Origin: Eledone cirrhosa
Taxonomy: Eukaryota
DNA length: 64,000 nucleotides
Assembly: GCA_964016885.1 (NCBI GenBank)
Contig: OZ024747.1
Span: 13,268,001 to 13,332,000 of the forward strand
Direction: 5' to 3'
Both the position numbers and the translations under genes were made by a program. Position 1 is the stretch's first letter. Each line of letters opens with the position of its first letter. This document shows, one piece after another, positions 59,243-64,000 of the stretch. The notes below the pieces were generated by a model that had not been told where the DNA came from, did not search any database, and saw nothing but the letters and a program-made list of their open reading frames with translations.

Positions 59243-62200
59243 ACTTCCATCTCTGCCATAATATAACTTCCATCTCTACCATAATATAACTTACATCTCT
59301 ACCATAATATAACTTCCATCTCTACCATAATATAACTTACATCTCTACCATAATATAACTTACATCTCTACCATAATGTCACTTACATTTCTACCATAAT
59401 ATAACTCCCATCTCTACCATAATATAACTTCCATCTCTACCATAATATAACTTCTATCTCTACCATAATATAACTTACATCTCTACCATAATATAACTTC
59501 CATCTCTACCATAATATAACTTCTATCTCTACCATAATATAACTTACATCTCTATCATAATATAACTTCCATCTCTACCATAATATAACTTACATCTCTA
59601 CCATAATATAACTTCCATCTCTACCATAATATAACTTCCATCTCTACCATAATATAACTTCCATCTCTACCATAATATAACTTCCATCTCTACCATAATG
59701 TCACTTACATTTCTACCATAATATAACTTCCATCTCTACCATAATATAACTTCCATCTCTACCATAATATAACTTCCATCTCTGCCATAATGTAACTTCC
59801 ATCTCTACCATAATATAACTCCCATCTCTACCATAATATAACTTACATCTCTACCATAATATAACTCCCATCTCTACCATAATATAACTTCCATCTCTAC
59901 CATAATATAACCTCTATCTCTACCATAATATAACTTCCATCTCTACCATAATATAACTTCTATCTCTACCATAATATAACCTCTATCTCTACCATAATAT
60001 AACTTCTATCTCTACCATAATATAACTTCCATCTCTACCATAATATAACTTACATCTCTACCATAATATAACTCCCATCTCTACCATAATATAACTTCCA
60101 TCTCTACCATAATATAACTTACATCTCTACCATAATATAACTTCCATCTCTACCATAATATAACCTCTATCTCTACCATAATATAACCTCTATCTCTACC
60201 ATAATATAACTTCCATCTCTACCATAATGTAACTTCCATCTCTACCATAATATAACTCCCATCTCTACCATAATATAACTTACATCTCTACCATAATATA
60301 ACTCCCATCTCTACCATAATATAACTTCCATCTCTACCATAATATAACCTCTATCTCTACCATAATATAACTTCCATCTCTACCATAATATAACTTCTAT
60401 CTCTACCATAATATAACCTCTATCTCTACCATAATATAACCTCTATCTCTACCATAATATAACTTCCATCTCTACCATAATATAACTTCCATCTCTACCA
60501 TAATATAACTTCCATCTCTACCATAATATAACTTACATCTCTACCATAATATAACTTCCATCTCTACCATAATATAACCTCTATCTCTACCATAATATAA
60601 CTTCTATCTCTACCATAATATAACTTCCATCTCTACCATAATATAACTTACATCTCTACCATAATATAACTCCCATCTCTACCATAATATAACTTCCATC
60701 TCTACCATAATATAACTTACATCTCTACCATAATATAACTTACATCTGTACCATAATATAACTTACATCTCTACCATAATATAACTTCCATCTCTACCAT
60801 AATATAACTTCCATCTCTACCATAATATAACCTCTATCTCTACCTTAATATAACTTCCATCTATACCATAATATAACCTCTATCTCTACCATAATATAAC
60901 TTCTATCTCTACCATAATATAACTCCCATCTCTACCATAATATAACTTCTATCTCTACCATAATATAACTTCCATCTCTACCATAATATAACTCCCATCT
61001 CTACCATAATATAACTTCCATCTCTACCATAATATAACTTCCATCTCTACCATAATATAACTTCCATCTCTACCATAATATAACTTCCATCTCTACCATA
61101 ATATAACTTCCATCTCTACCATAATATAACTCCCATCTCTACCATAATATAACTTCCATCTCTACCATAATATAACTTCCATCTCTACCATAATATAACC
61201 TCTATCTCTACCATAATATAACTTACATCTCTACCATAATATAACTTCCATCTCCACCATAATATAACTTACAACTCTACCATAATATAACTTCCATCGC
61301 TACCATAATATAGCTTATATCTCTACCATAATATAACTTGCATCTCTACGATAATAAAACTTACAACTCTACCATAATATAACTTCTATCTCTACCATAA
61401 TATAACCCCCATCTCTACCATAATATAACTTACATCTCTACCATAATATAACCTCTATCTCTACCATAATATAACTTCTATCTCTACCATAATATAACTT
61501 ACATTTCTACCATAATATAACCTCTATCTCTACCATAATATAACCTCTATTTCTACCATAATATAACCTTTATCTCTACCATAATATAACTTCTATCTCT
61601 ACCATAATATAACTTCCATCTCTACCATAATATAACCTCTATCTCTACCATAATATAACTTCTATCTCTACCATAATATAACTTCCATCTCTACCATAAT
61701 ATAACTTACATCTCTACCATAATATAACTCCCATCTCTACCATAATATAACTTCTATCTCTACCATAATATAACTTCCATCTCTACCATAATATAACTCC
61801 CATCTCTACCATAATATAACTTCCATCTCTACCATAATATAACTTCCATCTCTACCATAATATAACTTCCATCTCTACCATAATATAACTTCCATCTCTA
61901 CCATAATATAACTTCCATCTCTACCATAATATAACTCCCATCTCTACCATAATATAACTTCCATCTCTACCATAATATAACTTCCATCTCTACCAAAATA
62001 TAACCTCTATCTCTACCATAATATAACTTACATCTCTACCATAATATAACTTCCATCTCCACCATAATATAACTTACAACTCTACCATAATATAACTTCC
62101 ATCGCTACCATAATATAGCTTATATCTCTACCATAATATAACTTGCATCTCTACCATAATAAAACTTACAACTCTACCATAATATAACTTCTATCTCTAC

Positions 62201-63228
62201 CATAATATAACCTCCATCTCTACCATAATATAACTTACATCTCTACCATAATATAACCTCTATCTCTACCATAATATAACTTCTATCTCTACCATAATAT
62301 AACTTACATCTCTACCATAATATAACCTCTACCTCTACCATAATATAACTTACATCTCTACTGTAATATAACTTGCATCTCTACCATAATATAACCTCTA
62401 TCTCTACCATAATATAACTTACATCTCTACCATAATATAACTTCCATCTCCACCATAATATAACTTACAACTCTACCATAATATAACTTCCATCTCTACC
62501 ATAATATAGCTTATATCTCTACCATAATATAACTTCCATCTCTACCATAATATAACCTCTATCTCTACCATAATATAACCTCTATCTCTACCATAATAAA
62601 ACTTACAACTCTACCATAATATAACTTCTATCTCTACCATAATATAACCTCCATCTCTACCATAATATAACTTACATCTCTACCATAATATAACCTCTAT
62701 CTCTACCATAATATAACCTCTATCTCTACCATAATATAACTTATATCTCTACCATAATATAACCTCTATCTCTACCATAATATAACCTCTATCTCTACCA
62801 TAATATAACCTCTATTTCTACCATAATATAACCTCTATCTCTACCATAATATAACTTCCATCTCTACCATAATATAACTTACATCTCTACCATAATATAA
62901 CCTCTATCTCTACCATAATACAACCTCTATCTCTACCATAATATAACTTCTATCTCTACCATAATATAACCTCTATATCTACCATAATATAACCTCTATC
63001 TCTACCATAATATAACTTCCATCTCTACCATAATATAACTTCCATCTCCACCATAATATAACTTCCATCTCTACCATAATATAACTTCCATCTCCACCAT
63101 AATATAACTTCCATCTCTACCATAATATAACTTCCATCTCTACCATAATATAACTTCCATCTCCACCATAATATAACTTACAACTCTACCATAACATAAC
63201 CTCCATCTCCACCATAATATAACATCTA
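59243..63228. repeat. 23-bp minisatellite ACTTCCATCTCTACCATAATATA, ~170 units
   Basis: Direct reading; variant blocks recur. Confidence 0.96.
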
Positions 63229-64000
63229 ACAAAAAATGTTTAAATACTGGTTTTAACATAATTTTAGTTTGTAGTATCAGTAATAGCACAAAGCAATATT
63301 ATTTTGTTTACTTATAAACAACTAATGGTGGACAGATACCAGAACTAAGACCAAATACATTCCATCAGTGGAGCACTCCAATCAATGAATTATTCGTTCA
63401 TGCTTTTCACCCCAAATAGGCTTACTTCAAATTTTCTTCTTCCTTTCACATTTTAATTCATCATCATCATCATCATCATCATCATTTTAACATCTGCTTT
63501 ATCTGCTAGCATGGGCTGGTGAGGTCTACATAGACCAAGTCAGTAATGAAGCGGTGACTACTGATCTCCCAGACAATCCAGGGATCTGTCGTCTTGCTTA
63601 TGTTTGGTCACACATTCTACCAAGTGCACAGGGGAGGTTAACATATCTTTGACACGGCTGAAGGTCCTCCCAACCCCTTGTTTGACAAGCTTTCTTTAAC
63701 TGGATGCCCTTCCTATCACCAACCACCTTACAGTGTGTACTGAGTGCATTTATCATATAAATCACCAACACTAGGGAGGTTGTCATGTCCTTGACATAAT
63801 TGAAGGGTCCACCCTACCCTTTCTTTGGAAAAATATATGTACAAATATAGAAGTAACAAATTTCCCTCCTGGTGTAAATTTTACCCAGGCTGGGAACCTC
63901 CTGCTCAAAGCTATAGCTTATTTAGCTTATGTCTAAATCTACCTCTGCCTAACATTTACCCAAGGGCCAGGTGGTGGTGTTAAACTGGACGACAGAATAA

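Overview
This is AT-rich, repeat-dense eukaryotic DNA. The tRNA-derived SINEs and (TA)n/(CA)n/(CATA)n landscape suggest an octopus-like cephalopod, which is an inference. The only host gene I can support is a 10-exon SLC22/Orct-type organic cation transporter on the + strand (24749-43638). All nine introns are GT-AG, the phases are consistent, and the CDS is 1635 nt (544 aa). The rest is a retroelement/MITE mosaic (Tx1/L1, R4/Dong, CR1/L2, RTE, CRE, two Penelope-like GIY-YIG fragments, mariner, hAT, piggyBac, pogo, Helitron, a solo LTR, many SINEs) plus four large minisatellites. The most interesting signal is a dense set of Penelope-derived, mostly (TA)n-embedded short elements carrying type I hammerhead ribozyme motifs. 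About seven loci fold by hand into complete or near-complete motifs, with covarying stems in one family. Several are fold-back palindromes, and one five-copy family is folded exactly at ribozyme loop II. In several families one end stops at a fixed internal TA microhomology while the inverted end carries the 3' tail, a readable footprint of the insertion mechanism. Most long ORFs in the supplied track are simple-repeat artefacts.
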